A program made the translations under genes and the position numbers. Source: Gammaproteobacteria bacterium (lineage in GTDB: Bacteria; Pseudomonadota; Gammaproteobacteria; JAKDMP01). Taken from it: 54,770 nt of DNA. This document shows positions 27,013-36,858 of this stretch, one piece after another. The stretch is taken from positions 1-54,770 of the forward strand of contig JAKDMP010000001.1 in the NCBI GenBank assembly GCA_030452225.1. Direction: 5' to 3'. The stretch's first letter is position 1; every line of letters begins with the position of its first letter. The notes beneath the pieces were generated by a model. The model ran no database searches, was not told the DNA's origin, and saw only the letters and a program-made list of their open reading frames with translations.

Positions 27013-27561
27013 TTACCGCAATCCCGAACGCCCCTGATCGGGGTGGAAATTGATCACCACGCGCCGGTTCTTGGCCCAGGCCGCTTCGTTATGCCCGGGA
27101 TCTGCCGGATAAGCCTCACCATAGCTGATCGTCTTGATCTGGTCGTCGCCCACGCCCTGCAGCAGCAGGAACTTGCGTACAGAGGCCGCGCGACGCGCGC
27201 CGAGGCCGATGTTGTACTCACGGGTACCGCGCTCGTCCGCATAGCCTTCGAGCAGGATGACCGCACCCGCATGCGCATTCAGATAATCCGCCTGCCTGCG
27301 CAGCAAGGGGAAAAATTCGGGTTGCACCACGGAACGGTTGAAATCGAAATAAATCACCCGGTTTTCGTAGGAACTCTCGGGACCGGCATTGGCTTGCCCC
27401 ATCATGGGCGTAACCGGCTGTGTGCCTGCACCCTCGGTTCCGGTCGTGGAGGTGGCGGTCCCCTGGGTGGACGGCGCGGGCGCCGTCTGCTCGGGCTGGC
27501 TGGCGCAGCCGGCCAACGCCAAGGCGCTCAGAATTGCGGCCGCGGTAAAAAGCTTCTTCAT
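27013..27561 (-). CDS. pal: Peptidoglycan-associated lipoprotein
   Basis: From ATG 27561 (SD AGGAG upstream) the sequence is MKKLFTAAAILSALALAGC (lipobox). The OmpA-like domain reads ...VIYFDFN.S.V.PE....L..QA.YL......V.LEGYADERGTREYN..LG.RRA..V...L.. . Confidence 0.92.
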   Translation of the reverse strand: MKKLFTAAAILSALALAGCASQPEQTAPAPSTQGTATSTTGTEGAGTQPVTPMMGQANAGPESSYENRVIYFDFNRSVVQPEFFPLLRRQADYLNAHAGAVILLEGYADERGTREYNIGLGARRAASVRKFLLLQGVGDDQIKTISYGEAYPADPGHNEAAWAKNRRVVINFHPDQGRSGLR

Positions 27562-27715
27562 GGTTGACTCCTGGGCTTGATGGTCGGTAATGCTAACAAG
27601 TCGCCTCAACTTATGTCCTCAAGGGCTTGCAGACAAGCCGGCGAACAGGGGACCTGACCCCGGCGCACAGTTTAATACGCACGCAAAAGCCTTGTCCAGC
27701 GCGCCGAGCTGCGCG

Positions 27716-29047
27716 CTACGTCCCGGACGGCGCGGCCAATATGGGCGGACGAGGGGGGAACGGCCCCCATGCAGGCTGCGAGAGGCCGCCCGTGGCGCCG
27801 GACAATTCCTCGCGTACCCGGCTGTCCACCGACACGGTGGCCAGCACGCGCGCGCCGCTGCCGGTAAGTGAATCATACAGGATCATCTCTCCGTTCGGGG
27901 CAAAGCTCGGCGAGCGATCCAGCGGACCGTCGGTCAACAGCTTCATGTTGCCGCTTTCCAGATCCAGCACGGCGATCCGCAGGGCCCCGCCCCCGCGGTG
28001 CACCAGGGCGAGGCGCTTGCCGTCCGGCGCAACGGCCGCACGCGTGTTGTAGCTGCCGTTCCAGGTGAGCCGCTCCATCGATCCGTCGTCAAGTTCCAGC
28101 GCGTAGATCTGCGGGGAGCCGCCGCGATCGGAAGTGAATACGATCGTGTTTCCGGAGGGCATCCAGGCCGGTTCGGTATCTATGGCTGCACTGTGGGTCA
28201 AGCGGCGCAAATCGCCGCTGGCAAGGTCGAGCAGGTAAAGATCGGTATTCGCGGGCGTGCTGGACAAGGCGACAACCAGCCGGTTCCCGTCCGGCGAAAA
28301 CGCGGGCGCGCTGTTGACTCCCGGATGAGCCAGCACCATGCGGCGTTTTCCCGTCGCCACGTTCTGGACATAGATGTGGCTTTGATTGTCGTGGTACTGG
28401 ACATAGGCGATTCTCTTGCCGTCGGGCGACCAGTCGGGGGACATCAACAGCCCCGGCGAGCGCACGATAACCTGCGCATTGGCGCCGTCGGCATCGGCTA
28501 CGATCAATTTCCACGGCCCCTTGTTGCTCATTTGCTTGATATACGCGATGCGCGTGGTGAAGGCGCCGCGCACCCCGGTCAACGACTTGTAGACCATGTT
28601 GCTCACGACGTGAGCCGTGAAGCGAAGGTTTTCCCGCGTTGTCGGCAGAATGTAGCCGAGCAGCTGCTGCCCGGTGTACACATTGAAGAGCCTGAAACGG
28701 ACCAGCAGCCGATCGCCCGCAGGCGCGATCGAGCCGATCACGAGATAATTCACGTTAACGGCCCGCCAGTTGACGAACTGCACCTCGGACTTCGTCGTCG
28801 GCTGCGCCAGCATCTGCGACACCGGCAGGGGGGCGAACAGGCCGCTGCGTGCCAGGTCGTTGCCGACCACCTGCGCCACATCCACCGGGGCCGTGCCCGC
28901 GCCCTTCCAGGCAAACGGCACGACCGCAATCGGGGTGGGCTGGCTTACCCCCTGGGTGATCTTGATCACCAGGTCCGCATGGGCCGCGCCGGCGCCGAGC
29001 AACAGCGCGGCCGCGAGCGATAAAACTGCCATCAATCGTGTACGCAT
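27716..29047 (-). CDS. tolB: Tol-Pal system beta-propeller protein TolB
   Basis: 443 aa with a signal peptide. The N-domain ...PIAVVPF... is followed by repeated SPDG.RLAY / SPDG propeller blades. Confidence 0.93.
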   Translation of the reverse strand: MRTRLMAVLSLAAALLLGAGAAHADLVIKITQGVSQPTPIAVVPFAWKGAGTAPVDVAQVVGNDLARSGLFAPLPVSQMLAQPTTKSEVQFVNWRAVNVNYLVIGSIAPAGDRLLVRFRLFNVYTGQQLLGYILPTTRENLRFTAHVVSNMVYKSLTGVRGAFTTRIAYIKQMSNKGPWKLIVADADGANAQVIVRSPGLLMSPDWSPDGKRIAYVQYHDNQSHIYVQNVATGKRRMVLAHPGVNSAPAFSPDGNRLVVALSSTPANTDLYLLDLASGDLRRLTHSAAIDTEPAWMPSGNTIVFTSDRGGSPQIYALELDDGSMERLTWNGSYNTRAAVAPDGKRLALVHRGGGALRIAVLDLESGNMKLLTDGPLDRSPSFAPNGEMILYDSLTGSGARVLATVSVDSRVREELSGATGGLSQPAWGPFPPRPPILAAPSGT

Positions 29048-29056
29048 ATCAAAACC

Positions 29057-29956
29057 TCAGGATTTGCCGCCGGGGATGAAGTCAAAAACAATCTGCCGTT
29101 CGAATACGGCGGGATCGGAGGGGGTCGGCAATGGCGAGGACTTGAAAATCGCCGACTTGATGGATTGCCGCACGGCCGGGCCGCCGTTGCAATCGAGAAT
29201 CTCCGCTCCGATTACTTCGCCGCTGCTGAGCTGAGTGATTCGGATGCGGCATTCGAGATTGTCGGGTGTGGAAAGAGGGCGATTCCAATTGCCCGTCACA
29301 ACGGCTGTTATCGCGCCAACCCAGTTGCCCTTCACCTTTTCGCGGTGCCGCGCAGCCTCCTCCTTCATGGCCGCTTGCATCTGTGCCTTGCGTTCGGCCG
29401 CGGCCTTGGCCTTGGCACGCTCCTCGGCTTCCGCCCTGGCCTTGGCTTTCGCCTTGGCGATCCTGGCCTGCTCGGCCTCGCGCGCCTTGCGCGCCGCCTC
29501 GGCCTCGGCCTTCGCCTTCTCCGCGGCCGCCTGCGCCGCCTCACGCTTCTCGGCCGCCGCCTGCGCCTGGCGCTTGATCTGCGCCAGTTTCTCCTTGCGC
29601 GCCGCGGCCTCCTCGGCGGCCTCCTGCTTCTGTTGCTTGATTTCAGCCAACTGCTGTTGGGCCTTTTCACGCTCCTTTCGGGCTTGCTCGGCCTGCTCCT
29701 TCAACTCCTGGACACGCGCCGCGCGCGATGCCTTGGCCTGTTCAAGCTGCGCCTGCGCCGCCTTGAAATCGGACTCCTTCACGACCACCGCCTCGATCGG
29801 CTCGTGCTCCGCGCCGCGTCCGGGCGCATCGAGCGGCTGGGCGGTGATGAAGCCCTTGCCCAATACCAGCAAAAGCCCGAGCGCGACATGCAATGCCAGC
29901 GCCAGTGACAGCGGCACGGCTTCTGCACGGAGCCAGCGAAAAAAATCCCCGATCAT
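29057..29956 (-). CDS. tolA: Tol-Pal system protein TolA
   Basis: 299 aa with an N-terminal TM helix, a long Ala/Lys/Glu-rich helical domain II, and a C-terminal TolA/TonB-like domain (...CRIRITQLSSGEVIGAEIL...S). Confidence 0.88.
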   Translation of the reverse strand: MIGDFFRWLRAEAVPLSLALALHVALGLLLVLGKGFITAQPLDAPGRGAEHEPIEAVVVKESDFKAAQAQLEQAKASRAARVQELKEQAEQARKEREKAQQQLAEIKQQKQEAAEEAAARKEKLAQIKRQAQAAAEKREAAQAAAEKAKAEAEAARKAREAEQARIAKAKAKARAEAEERAKAKAAAERKAQMQAAMKEEAARHREKVKGNWVGAITAVVTGNWNRPLSTPDNLECRIRITQLSSGEVIGAEILDCNGGPAVRQSIKSAIFKSSPLPTPSDPAVFERQIVFDFIPGGKS

Positions 29957-30405
29957 GGCGCAGGGGGCTGCTGAACCAAGGGTTTGTCGGGCGTCTTGGT
30001 GACCAGGCCGACGGCTTTTGCGCCCGCCGACTGGAGCAGCACCATGCCGCGCACGACATCCGCGTAGCTTGCCTTGCCATCGGCCTTCACCAGCACGCGG
30101 GTTTTCGGCGAGCGCTGCAGCACGATCCGCGTCATGGCCACCACCATGCTCGGTTCGACCGCCTGATCGGGATGCTCGCCCACGCTCATGTAGAGGTTGC
30201 CTTGCGCGTCGACGGTCAGCACCAGCGGCTGTTGCTGCTGCCGGTTCTCCAGCGGCTTGGCGGAAGCCCGGGGCAGCTCGACTTGGACGCCGCGCGTCAG
30301 AAGCGGCGCCGTAATCATGAAAATGATCAGCAGCACCAGCGTCACGTCAATGTAGGGAACCACATTGATCTGCGACATCATGCGGCGCTGCTTGCGCGAC
30401 CTCAT
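29953..30405 (-). CDS. tolR: Tol-Pal system protein TolR (ExbD family)
   Basis: 150 aa. The sequence reads ...MSQINVVPYIDVTLVLLIIFMITAP.... It has ATGA overlaps on both sides. Confidence 0.92.
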   Translation of the reverse strand: MRSRKQRRMMSQINVVPYIDVTLVLLIIFMITAPLLTRGVQVELPRASAKPLENRQQQQPLVLTVDAQGNLYMSVGEHPDQAVEPSMVVAMTRIVLQRSPKTRVLVKADGKASYADVVRGMVLLQSAGAKAVGLVTKTPDKPLVQQPPAP

Positions 30406-31091
30406 GCCTTCTTGCCGTCCTCGGAGGCCTGGTGATGCTCGAGCACATTGCTGAATTCATCGCAAAAGCTCTCGAAGCGGCCGCTCAGCCTATCGACACG
30501 CTGGGCAAAGCGGTTGTAGGCCACCGTGGCCGGAATGGCGGCAAACAGGCCCATGGCCGTGGCAATCAGTGCTTCGGAGATACCGGGCGCCACCATCTGC
30601 AAGGTGGCCTGCTGGGCATGACCCAGCCCCTGGAACGCGGCCATGATGCCCCAGACGGTGCCGAAGAGGCCCACGTAGGGCGCGGTGGAACCGACAGTCG
30701 CCAGGAACCCCATGCTGCGCTCGAGGCTGTCCAGCTCGCGCGAGCCGGTTGCGTCCATGGCGCGCCGCGCACTGCCCAATGCCGCCGTGCTCGGCTGGCC
30801 GTGGCGCACAAGGCGTGCAAACTCGCGAAAGCCGGCGCCGAATATGCGCGCCAGCGGGGCCGCATCCCGCTTTTGCCCATCCACGCGGCGATACAGTTTG
30901 GCCAGATCGATGCCCGACCAGAAGTCGTCCTCAAAACTCCGGCTGCTGCCTTCGGCGCGTTTGAGTTCTCCGACCTTGCGGAAGATGATGGCCCAGGATG
31001 CAATCGAAGCCAGCAGGAGAATGGCCAGCACGATTTGCACCACCACGCCCGAATTCACGATCATTTCATAGATGGAAAAATCGGTAGTCAT
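30402..31091 (-). CDS. tolQ: Tol-Pal system protein TolQ (MotA/ExbB family)
   Basis: From ATG 31091 the sequence is [21 protein letters not shown]...S..SW.II..K, followed by ...LATVGSTAPYVGLFGTVWGIM..F.... The start overlaps the ybgC stop as ATGA. Confidence 0.92.
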   Translation of the reverse strand: MTTDFSIYEMIVNSGVVVQIVLAILLLASIASWAIIFRKVGELKRAEGSSRSFEDDFWSGIDLAKLYRRVDGQKRDAAPLARIFGAGFREFARLVRHGQPSTAALGSARRAMDATGSRELDSLERSMGFLATVGSTAPYVGLFGTVWGIMAAFQGLGHAQQATLQMVAPGISEALIATAMGLFAAIPATVAYNRFAQRVDRLSGRFESFCDEFSNVLEHHQASEDGKKA

Positions 31092-31540
31092 AATTTCAAT
31101 GTCTCGACAATAAATTCCGGCAAAGCAGCCGCGCGAAAGCGTTCGCGGCTGACGCATGCCACTTCGACATGCGCCGTAACCAGGGGTTCATCCGTTGCAT
31201 CGGCCTTGTACACCGCTTGCTCGAATACGATGCGGACACGCCCGTGAGCCACGGGGCGAACCGTTATGCACAGCGCATCATTAAAGCGCGCCGGGGCCAC
31301 AAAGCGCAAATCGGCTTGCGTAACCGCAAACACGATCCCGTGCTCGGCCGCCAGCCGATCCTGCTCCAGTCCCGCCGCACGCAGCCATTCCGTACGCGCA
31401 CGCTCGAGGAACTTCAGGTATTGCGCATGGTAAACCACTCCTCCCGCGTCCGTATCCTCGTAGTACACGCGCGTCGGCCATGAAAACGTGACTCCTTCAA
31501 TTCTTTCCACGACCGCTCCCGGGAAAAAGATCGCCGCCAC
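31088..31540 (-). CDS. ybgC: Tol-Pal-associated acyl-CoA thioesterase (4HBT family)
   Basis: The sequence reads ...[36 protein letters not shown]... . The start is uncertain. The track start at 31540 overlaps the ruvB 3' end by 44 nt, and an in-frame GTG at 31510 is an alternative. Confidence 0.85.
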   Translation of the reverse strand: MAAIFFPGAVVERIEGVTFSWPTRVYYEDTDAGGVVYHAQYLKFLERARTEWLRAAGLEQDRLAAEHGIVFAVTQADLRFVAPARFNDALCITVRPVAHGRVRIVFEQAVYKADATDEPLVTAHVEVACVSRERFRAAALPEFIVETLKL

Positions 31541-32540
31541 TCGCCGGCGGCGCCAATCCGACGTGATGCCAGGCGCGCGCGGTAGCCACCCTGCCCCGTG
31601 AAGTGCGTTTGACGAAGCCCTGCTGGATCAGGAAGGGCTCGATGACATCCTCGATCGTGCCGCGCTCTTCGCCGATCGATGCCGCAAGGCTTTCCACGCC
31701 GACCGGCCCGCCTTCAAAATGACGCACGATCACGGAGAGGAAACGACGATCCAGCAGATCGAAACCTTCGCGGTCCACCTCGAGGAAATCGAGCGCAGCG
31801 CCGGCCACCTCGTCGCTGATCAATCCGTCGGCGCGTACCTCGGCATAATCGCGTACGCGCCTGAGCAGGCGATTGGCGATTCGAGGGGTGCCGCGGGCGC
31901 GCTGCGCAATCTCTTTCGCCCCGCCCGGCTCGACCTGGACACCCAGTATCCCGGCCGACCGCATGACGATCTGTTCCAGTGCCTGCGGCGCATAAAATTG
32001 CAGCCGCTGCACGATGCCGAACCGGTCGCGCAGCGGCGAGGTGAGAAGCCCTGCCCGCGTGGTCGCGCCCACCAGGGTGAACGGGGCAATATCGAGCTTG
32101 ATCGAGCGTGCCGCCGGGCCCTCGCCGATCATGATGTCGAGTGCGAAGTCCTCCAGCGCCGGATACAACGCCTCTTCCACCACCGGGCTCAAGCGATGAA
32201 TCTCATCGACGAACAGCACGTCGCCGCGCTCGAGGTTGGTCAGCAGTGCGGCGAGATCGCCCGGCCGCTCCAGCACCGGCCCGGAGGTCTGGTGAAGAGT
32301 GACCCCCATTTCGTGGGCCACGATATGCGCGAGCGTGGTTTTACCCAGCCCCGGAGGCCCGAAAATCAAACAATGATCAAGCGCCTCGTCGCGCCCGCGA
32401 GCGGCATGGATGAAAATCTCCATCTGCTCGGAAACCTGTTCCTGGCCAATGTAGTCAGCCAGCCTGCTCGGGCGCAGCCGCGGCTCTTCGCGCGCTTCCT
32501 CGATGCTTGCCTCGCCGTCTGCCAAGCGCTCCTCAGTCAT
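31497..32540 (-). CDS. ruvB: Holliday junction helicase RuvB
   Basis: 347 aa. ...LRP..L.DYIGQE.V...... is followed by Walker A ([11 protein letters not shown]) and ...LFVDEIHRL.... Confidence 0.95.
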   Translation of the reverse strand: MTEERLADGEASIEEAREEPRLRPSRLADYIGQEQVSEQMEIFIHAARGRDEALDHCLIFGPPGLGKTTLAHIVAHEMGVTLHQTSGPVLERPGDLAALLTNLERGDVLFVDEIHRLSPVVEEALYPALEDFALDIMIGEGPAARSIKLDIAPFTLVGATTRAGLLTSPLRDRFGIVQRLQFYAPQALEQIVMRSAGILGVQVEPGGAKEIAQRARGTPRIANRLLRRVRDYAEVRADGLISDEVAGAALDFLEVDREGFDLLDRRFLSVIVRHFEGGPVGVESLAASIGEERGTIEDVIEPFLIQQGFVKRTSRGRVATARAWHHVGLAPPASGGDLFPGSGRGKN

Positions 32541-33115
32541 CGTTTGCCTCTTAGAGAACGCTTGAGCACCGCCCGCACAATCTCCTCGCTCGAACGTCCC
32601 TCGGCAGTCTCGTTATTCAACATGGCAGACACTTCGCGCGGCTTGTATCCCAAGGCGGACAATGCCGAAGCCGCCTCGCCCAAGGGATCCGAGCCGACGG
32701 GCAGGGTAACGGATGCCTCCAGCCGGTCTGCCATTTCCACCAGCAGACGCTCCGCCGTTTTCTGCCCGATACCCGGCAGTCGCTTCAGAGTGGCCACATC
32801 TCGCGTCATGACGGCCTGTGAAAATTCCGCCACGCTCAGCCCGGACAGAATCGCCAGGGCCAGTTTGGCGCCCACCCCACTGGTGCGGATCAAGGCGCGG
32901 AACAGCCGTCTTTCCTCCTCATTGGCAAAACCGTACAAATACTGGCTGTCGTCGCGAATCGCAAGATGCGTGTAGAGCATCACCTCGCCCGCGCCGTCGG
33001 GCAAGGCGGAGAAAGTCGACAACGGCGCCTCGATTTCGTAGCCCACGCCGCCGACATCCAGCACCAGCACCGGCGGGCGGCGCAACACGATTCGACCGCG
33101 AAGAAAACCGATCAT
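32537..33115 (-). CDS. ruvA: Holliday junction DNA-binding protein RuvA
   Basis: From ATG 33115 the sequence is [10 protein letters not shown]......[13 protein letters not shown], followed by HhH motifs (...[14 protein letters not shown].). The start overlaps the ruvC stop as ATGA. Confidence 0.92.
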   Translation of the reverse strand: MIGFLRGRIVLRRPPVLVLDVGGVGYEIEAPLSTFSALPDGAGEVMLYTHLAIRDDSQYLYGFANEEERRLFRALIRTSGVGAKLALAILSGLSVAEFSQAVMTRDVATLKRLPGIGQKTAERLLVEMADRLEASVTLPVGSDPLGEAASALSALGYKPREVSAMLNNETAEGRSSEEIVRAVLKRSLRGKR

Positions 33116-33651
33116 TTGCGCCCCAACAAGCGTGAATCCATGTTGCGGCTGTGCGCGTGACACACGGCAATGGCCAGTGCATCGGAGGCATCCTCGGCAA
33201 TCGGGCCGGCAAGTTTCAACAAGTGTCTCACCATGTGGGCAACCTGCGACTTGTCGGCCTTGCCCGAGCCGACGATCGCGAGCTTGACCGCCCGCGGGGC
33301 ATATTCGGCATACTCGCAGGGTTCGACCATGGCAGCGGCAAGCGCCGCGCCGCGGGCCTGGCCCAGCGCCAACGCACTGGCAGGGTTGATGTGCACAAAG
33401 GCGCGTTCGATGGCGACTTCGGCCGGACGGTATTTTTCGACCAGATCGGCGATACCCGTGTAAATGGCACGCAACCGCTCGCCCAACTTGCCGCGCGGCG
33501 GCCGAATGACGCCATATTCCATTGCTCGCAGCCGCTGTCTCTGCATTTCGATCAACCCGTAGCCGGTGGCATTCGATCCCGGGTCAATGCCGAGGATGAC
33601 GAGCGGCTCTGCGCCCGTGTTCAAGCGAGGCAACGCCGGCACTTGGCGCAC
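33112..33651 (-). CDS. ruvC: Holliday junction resolvase RuvC
   Basis: The sequence reads ...ILGIDPGS..TGYG.I......, then ...AIE..F......SAL.LGQARG.A... and ...DA.DALAIA.CH. The start may be about 9 codons downstream (TTG 33624). Confidence 0.9.
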   Translation of the reverse strand: MRQVPALPRLNTGAEPLVILGIDPGSNATGYGLIEMQRQRLRAMEYGVIRPPRGKLGERLRAIYTGIADLVEKYRPAEVAIERAFVHINPASALALGQARGAALAAAMVEPCEYAEYAPRAVKLAIVGSGKADKSQVAHMVRHLLKLAGPIAEDASDALAIAVCHAHSRNMDSRLLGRK

Positions 33652-33705
33652 GCATGCCGTCGCATGGCTTCACCGGGCAGATGCGGCCCCGATGTCGAAC
33701 CGTCT

Positions 33706-34437
33706 TCAAACCTCCCCGGGAAACTGCGCATTGGCATAAACCTGTTGCGTGTCGTCCAGATCATCGAGGGTATCGAGCAGTTTCAACAGGCTCTCGGCGC
33801 CTTCCTCATCGACTGCCACCCTTGTCGCGGGCCGCATGTCGAGCCCCGAATCCTCGTCCTTGAGGCCCTTCCTGCGCAAGACATCACGCACGCTTTCGAG
33901 ATCGTTGGGATCGGTGAGCACTTCAAAATTTTTCTCGTCGTCGCGAACGACATCCTCGGCGCCCGCCTCGAGCGCGGCTTCGAGCACGCGTTCCTCTTCG
34001 TTGTCCGGCGACAACAGGACACGGCCCACGCGATTGAACAGATACGCCACCGAACCGTCGGCCCCCAGGTTGCCGCCATGCCGGGAAAAGGCATGCCGCA
34101 CTTCGGCCACCGTACGATTGCGGTTGTCGGTAATGCACTCCACGAGTACGGCCACCCCGCCCGGCGCATACCCTTCGTAGGTGATCTCCGCGAGCTCCTG
34201 GCCCTCGGCGTCGCCGGTGGCGCGCTTGATGGCGCGCTCGAGATTGTCCTTGGGCACATTCGCCGCATTGGCGCGCTCCAGGGCGAGGCGCAGCCGCGGA
34301 TTGGCATCCGGGTCGCCCCCGCCGACGCGCGCGGCCGTCGCCACCTCGCGCACAAGACGCGTAAACACCCGCCCGCGGCGCGCGTCCTGCGCGTTCTTGC
34401 GGTGCTGGATGTTCGCCCACTTGCTGTGCCCTGACAT
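33706..34437 (-). CDS. YebC/PmpR-family DNA-binding transcriptional regulator
   Basis: 243 aa, starting MSGHSKWANIQHRK..QDA.RG..FT.L.REV..AAR.GG.DP..NPRLR.A...A..... Confidence 0.92.
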   Translation of the reverse strand: MSGHSKWANIQHRKNAQDARRGRVFTRLVREVATAARVGGGDPDANPRLRLALERANAANVPKDNLERAIKRATGDAEGQELAEITYEGYAPGGVAVLVECITDNRNRTVAEVRHAFSRHGGNLGADGSVAYLFNRVGRVLLSPDNEEERVLEAALEAGAEDVVRDDEKNFEVLTDPNDLESVRDVLRRKGLKDEDSGLDMRPATRVAVDEEGAESLLKLLDTLDDLDDTQQVYANAQFPGEV

Positions 34438-34457
34438 ATTCGATCAAAACCCGCAAA

Positions 34458-35036
34458 TCAAAACCGCAATGCGAAGCCGAGGTTCAGGCCGTTGTCCAGA
34501 ATCAGGCTGTCGGTGCCCTCGAAAGCGGCGGCAACCCGGCGATAACTGACATACACCGTGCCGTTGGGCAACACACGGTAGCCCGCGCGCACCGCGCCGC
34601 CGAGATAGCGCTCGGCGTTGCCGAAACTGGTCACGCCCGGCGCCCAAAAGATGCGCGCGCCGAAACTCAGACGGTTGAATTGCGGCAGTACATAGTTCAC
34701 GCCACCGCCCAGCGCCAGGGAATAGCCCGAGTCCACGCCGCTGTAAGCGGGGTTCAGCCACAGGGCCTTGAGGCCGATCAGGACGGTAACCGGCGATCGG
34801 CCCGGGTTGGCATTGGCGCGCAGGCCGATCCCCACCCCGAACACATCGCCATTGTCGGTATTGTGCAATCCCTCGAAAGACAAATCCAGTCCGGACAGGG
34901 TGATTTCCGTATCGAAAGCCGCCCTGAAGCTGTTCCCGCTCACGCTCAGATCCAGTCCGCTACCCTGTGCGAACACGCCGGCCGGAGCCGCGCACAATGC
35001 AAGCGACGCGGCAACAAGCCACCCGTATCGTTTCAT
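34458..35036 (-). CDS. Small outer-membrane beta-barrel protein (YfaZ-like)
   Basis: From ATG 35036 there is a signal peptide (MKRYGWLVAASLALCAAPAGVFA|Q), alternating hydrophobic beta-strand patterns and a C-terminal ...GFALRF. The YfaZ assignment is from memory of the family pattern only. Confidence 0.55.
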   Translation of the reverse strand: MKRYGWLVAASLALCAAPAGVFAQGSGLDLSVSGNSFRAAFDTEITLSGLDLSFEGLHNTDNGDVFGVGIGLRANANPGRSPVTVLIGLKALWLNPAYSGVDSGYSLALGGGVNYVLPQFNRLSFGARIFWAPGVTSFGNAERYLGGAVRAGYRVLPNGTVYVSYRRVAAAFEGTDSLILDNGLNLGFALRF

Positions 35037-35143
35037 GTATGGCACCCCTCTTGTACGGACGTTTTCCGTTAACAACAACGTATATCATAACGAAACACTC
35101 TTGCCGGGCTAAGCCGTCAAACCCGGATGCTGCCCGCACCGAC

Positions 35144-36814
35144 ATGCCGGAAACGCTGCCTGCCCCCGTCATCCGCCTGATTGAGCGCGCCACCGAGGCC
35201 GACGCGACGCAGCGCGCCCGCGCCATGACCGCGGCCCGTGCCCTGGCGCCCCTGGAGTTGTCCGGGGACTGGCAGCTTGCGGCCGCCGCCGTGCCGCTGC
35301 TTGCCGCCCGGGCCATAAGCGAAGGCAACGCCCGCCTGCTGCTGGGGCCCGAACTCTACTCGCTTGCCGCCCAGGCCGCCGCCTTGCCGAATCCACGTCT
35401 GGCAGCCCGCGAAGCAATGCTCGCCGAAGACCCGGAACAGGGCGAACGGCTGCGTCGCCTGTTCCTGGGGCTGATTCGTGACCTTCGCATCGTTCCCCTC
35501 ATGCTTGCCGATGTATTGTCGCGGCTCGAATCGCTCAAAAGCGCACCGCTCGACGAACGAGCCGCGGCGGCGCACGAAGTATTCGTTCTGCATGCGCCCC
35601 TTGCCAATCGGCTCGGCATCTGGCAACTCAAGTGGCCGCTTGAAGACTGGGCCCTGCGTCTGTCCGATCCCGAAAGTTATTCCTCCATAGCCCGGGGCCT
35701 GGCCGAGCGCCGTGGCGAACGGGAAGACCGCCTGGCCGGGGTCAGCGCCGAACTCGCCGCCGCGCTCGAGCGTGCCTCGATTCAGGCCGTTTTGAACGGT
35801 CGGCCGAAACATATCTGCAGCATTCGCCGCAAGATGCAACACAAGGGCCGCAGCCTCGAGGAGCTTTACGACCTGATGGGCCTGCGCGTCATAGTCCAGG
35901 ACATCGCCACCTGTTATGCGGCACTCGGGGTGGTGCATGAACGTTGGCATTACCTGCCACAGGAATTCGACGACTACATTGCCGCGCCCAAGGGCAATTT
36001 CTACCGTTCGCTGCATACCGCGGTGTTGGACGACGCGGGCCATGCGATCGAAATCCAGATCCGCACCGAGGCCATGCACCAGGAGTCGGAACTGGGGATC
36101 GCCGCGCACTGGCGCTACAAGGAGGGCGGCACACGCGATGTCGCGCTGGAGGAAAGCATCGCCTGGCTGCGTCAACTGCTCGCTACCGGGGAAGACGCCG
36201 GTGGCGAAGGCAATTTCGTGCATGCCGTGACGAGCGAACTGACGAGCGCCCGCATCTATACACTCACACCTCGCGGCCGCATCGTGGATTTGCCTCGCCA
36301 TGCAACGCCACTCGATTTCGCCTATGCGGTGCATACCGGGCTGGGGCACCGCACCACCGGTGCACGCGTCAACGGCAGGATGGTGCCGCTCACCCATCGC
36401 CTGGACACCGGCGACACCGTGGAGATATTGGCCCGGGCGCATCCGCAACCGAGCCGCGACTGGCTGCGTGCCGAAGCCGGCTACGTCACCACGCGGCGCG
36501 CCCGCAACAAGCTGCGCATCTGGTTTCGCGACCTCGACCGCGCCCCCGGGAGGGAGCGCGAGCCGGCCGAAAAACCGCCGCCGGCGCCGCCGCGGCGAAG
36601 CCGAAGGAAGGAATCGGGCAGGCGCGCGGTGGTAAGCGTTATGCCGGAGCTGCCCGCCGAACCGGCACACTGCTGCGCGCCCCGGCCCGGCGATGCCATT
36701 GCCGCCTTCGTAACCCGAGGCCGCGGCATTCGCATGCACCGGCAGGACTGCCCCAGCTACCGCCGCAACGCGATCCGCGCCCCGCGGCAGACGCTGGCCG
36801 CGCATTGGGAATAG
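35144..36814 (+). CDS. relA: RelA-type (p)ppGpp synthetase, unusually compact (556 aa): shortened pseudo-hydrolase N-domain, synthetase, TGS and zinc-finger/CC domains, no ACT/RRM
   Basis: The synthetase core reads HAPLANRLGIWQLKWPLED...GRPKHICSIRRKM...YAALGVVHERWHYLPQEFDDYIA.PK.N.YRSLHT.V......IEIQIRT..MH...ELG.AAHWRYKEG (ExDD type). The TGS domain reads IYTLTPRGRIVDLP..ATPLDFAY.VHT.LGHR..GA.VNGR.VPL...L..GD.VEI, and the CC domain reads CCAPRPGDAIAAFVTRGRGIRMHRQDC. The stop is at 36812-36814. The track ORF's upstream 59 codons overlap the divergent OMP gene and were trimmed to ATG 35144. Confidence 0.85.
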   Translation: MPETLPAPVIRLIERATEADATQRARAMTAARALAPLELSGDWQLAAAAVPLLAARAISEGNARLLLGPELYSLAAQAAALPNPRLAAREAMLAEDPEQGERLRRLFLGLIRDLRIVPLMLADVLSRLESLKSAPLDERAAAAHEVFVLHAPLANRLGIWQLKWPLEDWALRLSDPESYSSIARGLAERRGEREDRLAGVSAELAAALERASIQAVLNGRPKHICSIRRKMQHKGRSLEELYDLMGLRVIVQDIATCYAALGVVHERWHYLPQEFDDYIAAPKGNFYRSLHTAVLDDAGHAIEIQIRTEAMHQESELGIAAHWRYKEGGTRDVALEESIAWLRQLLATGEDAGGEGNFVHAVTSELTSARIYTLTPRGRIVDLPRHATPLDFAYAVHTGLGHRTTGARVNGRMVPLTHRLDTGDTVEILARAHPQPSRDWLRAEAGYVTTRRARNKLRIWFRDLDRAPGREREPAEKPPPAPPRRSRRKESGRRAVVSVMPELPAEPAHCCAPRPGDAIAAFVTRGRGIRMHRQDCPSYRRNAIRAPRQTLAAHWE

Positions 36815-36858
36815 CCCGGAATCGCCCTGGACGGCCCCCTTCGCCGCCCTGTGCAAAG

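Noticed and set aside
29350-29720. Repetitive GCC/GGC/CTT-rich DNA with many short direct repeats (possible tandem repeat or CRISPR-like array)
   Set aside because: It is the coding sequence of the Ala/Lys/Glu-rich helical domain II of TolA. The repeats are imperfect, in frame, and have no spacer-repeat periodicity.
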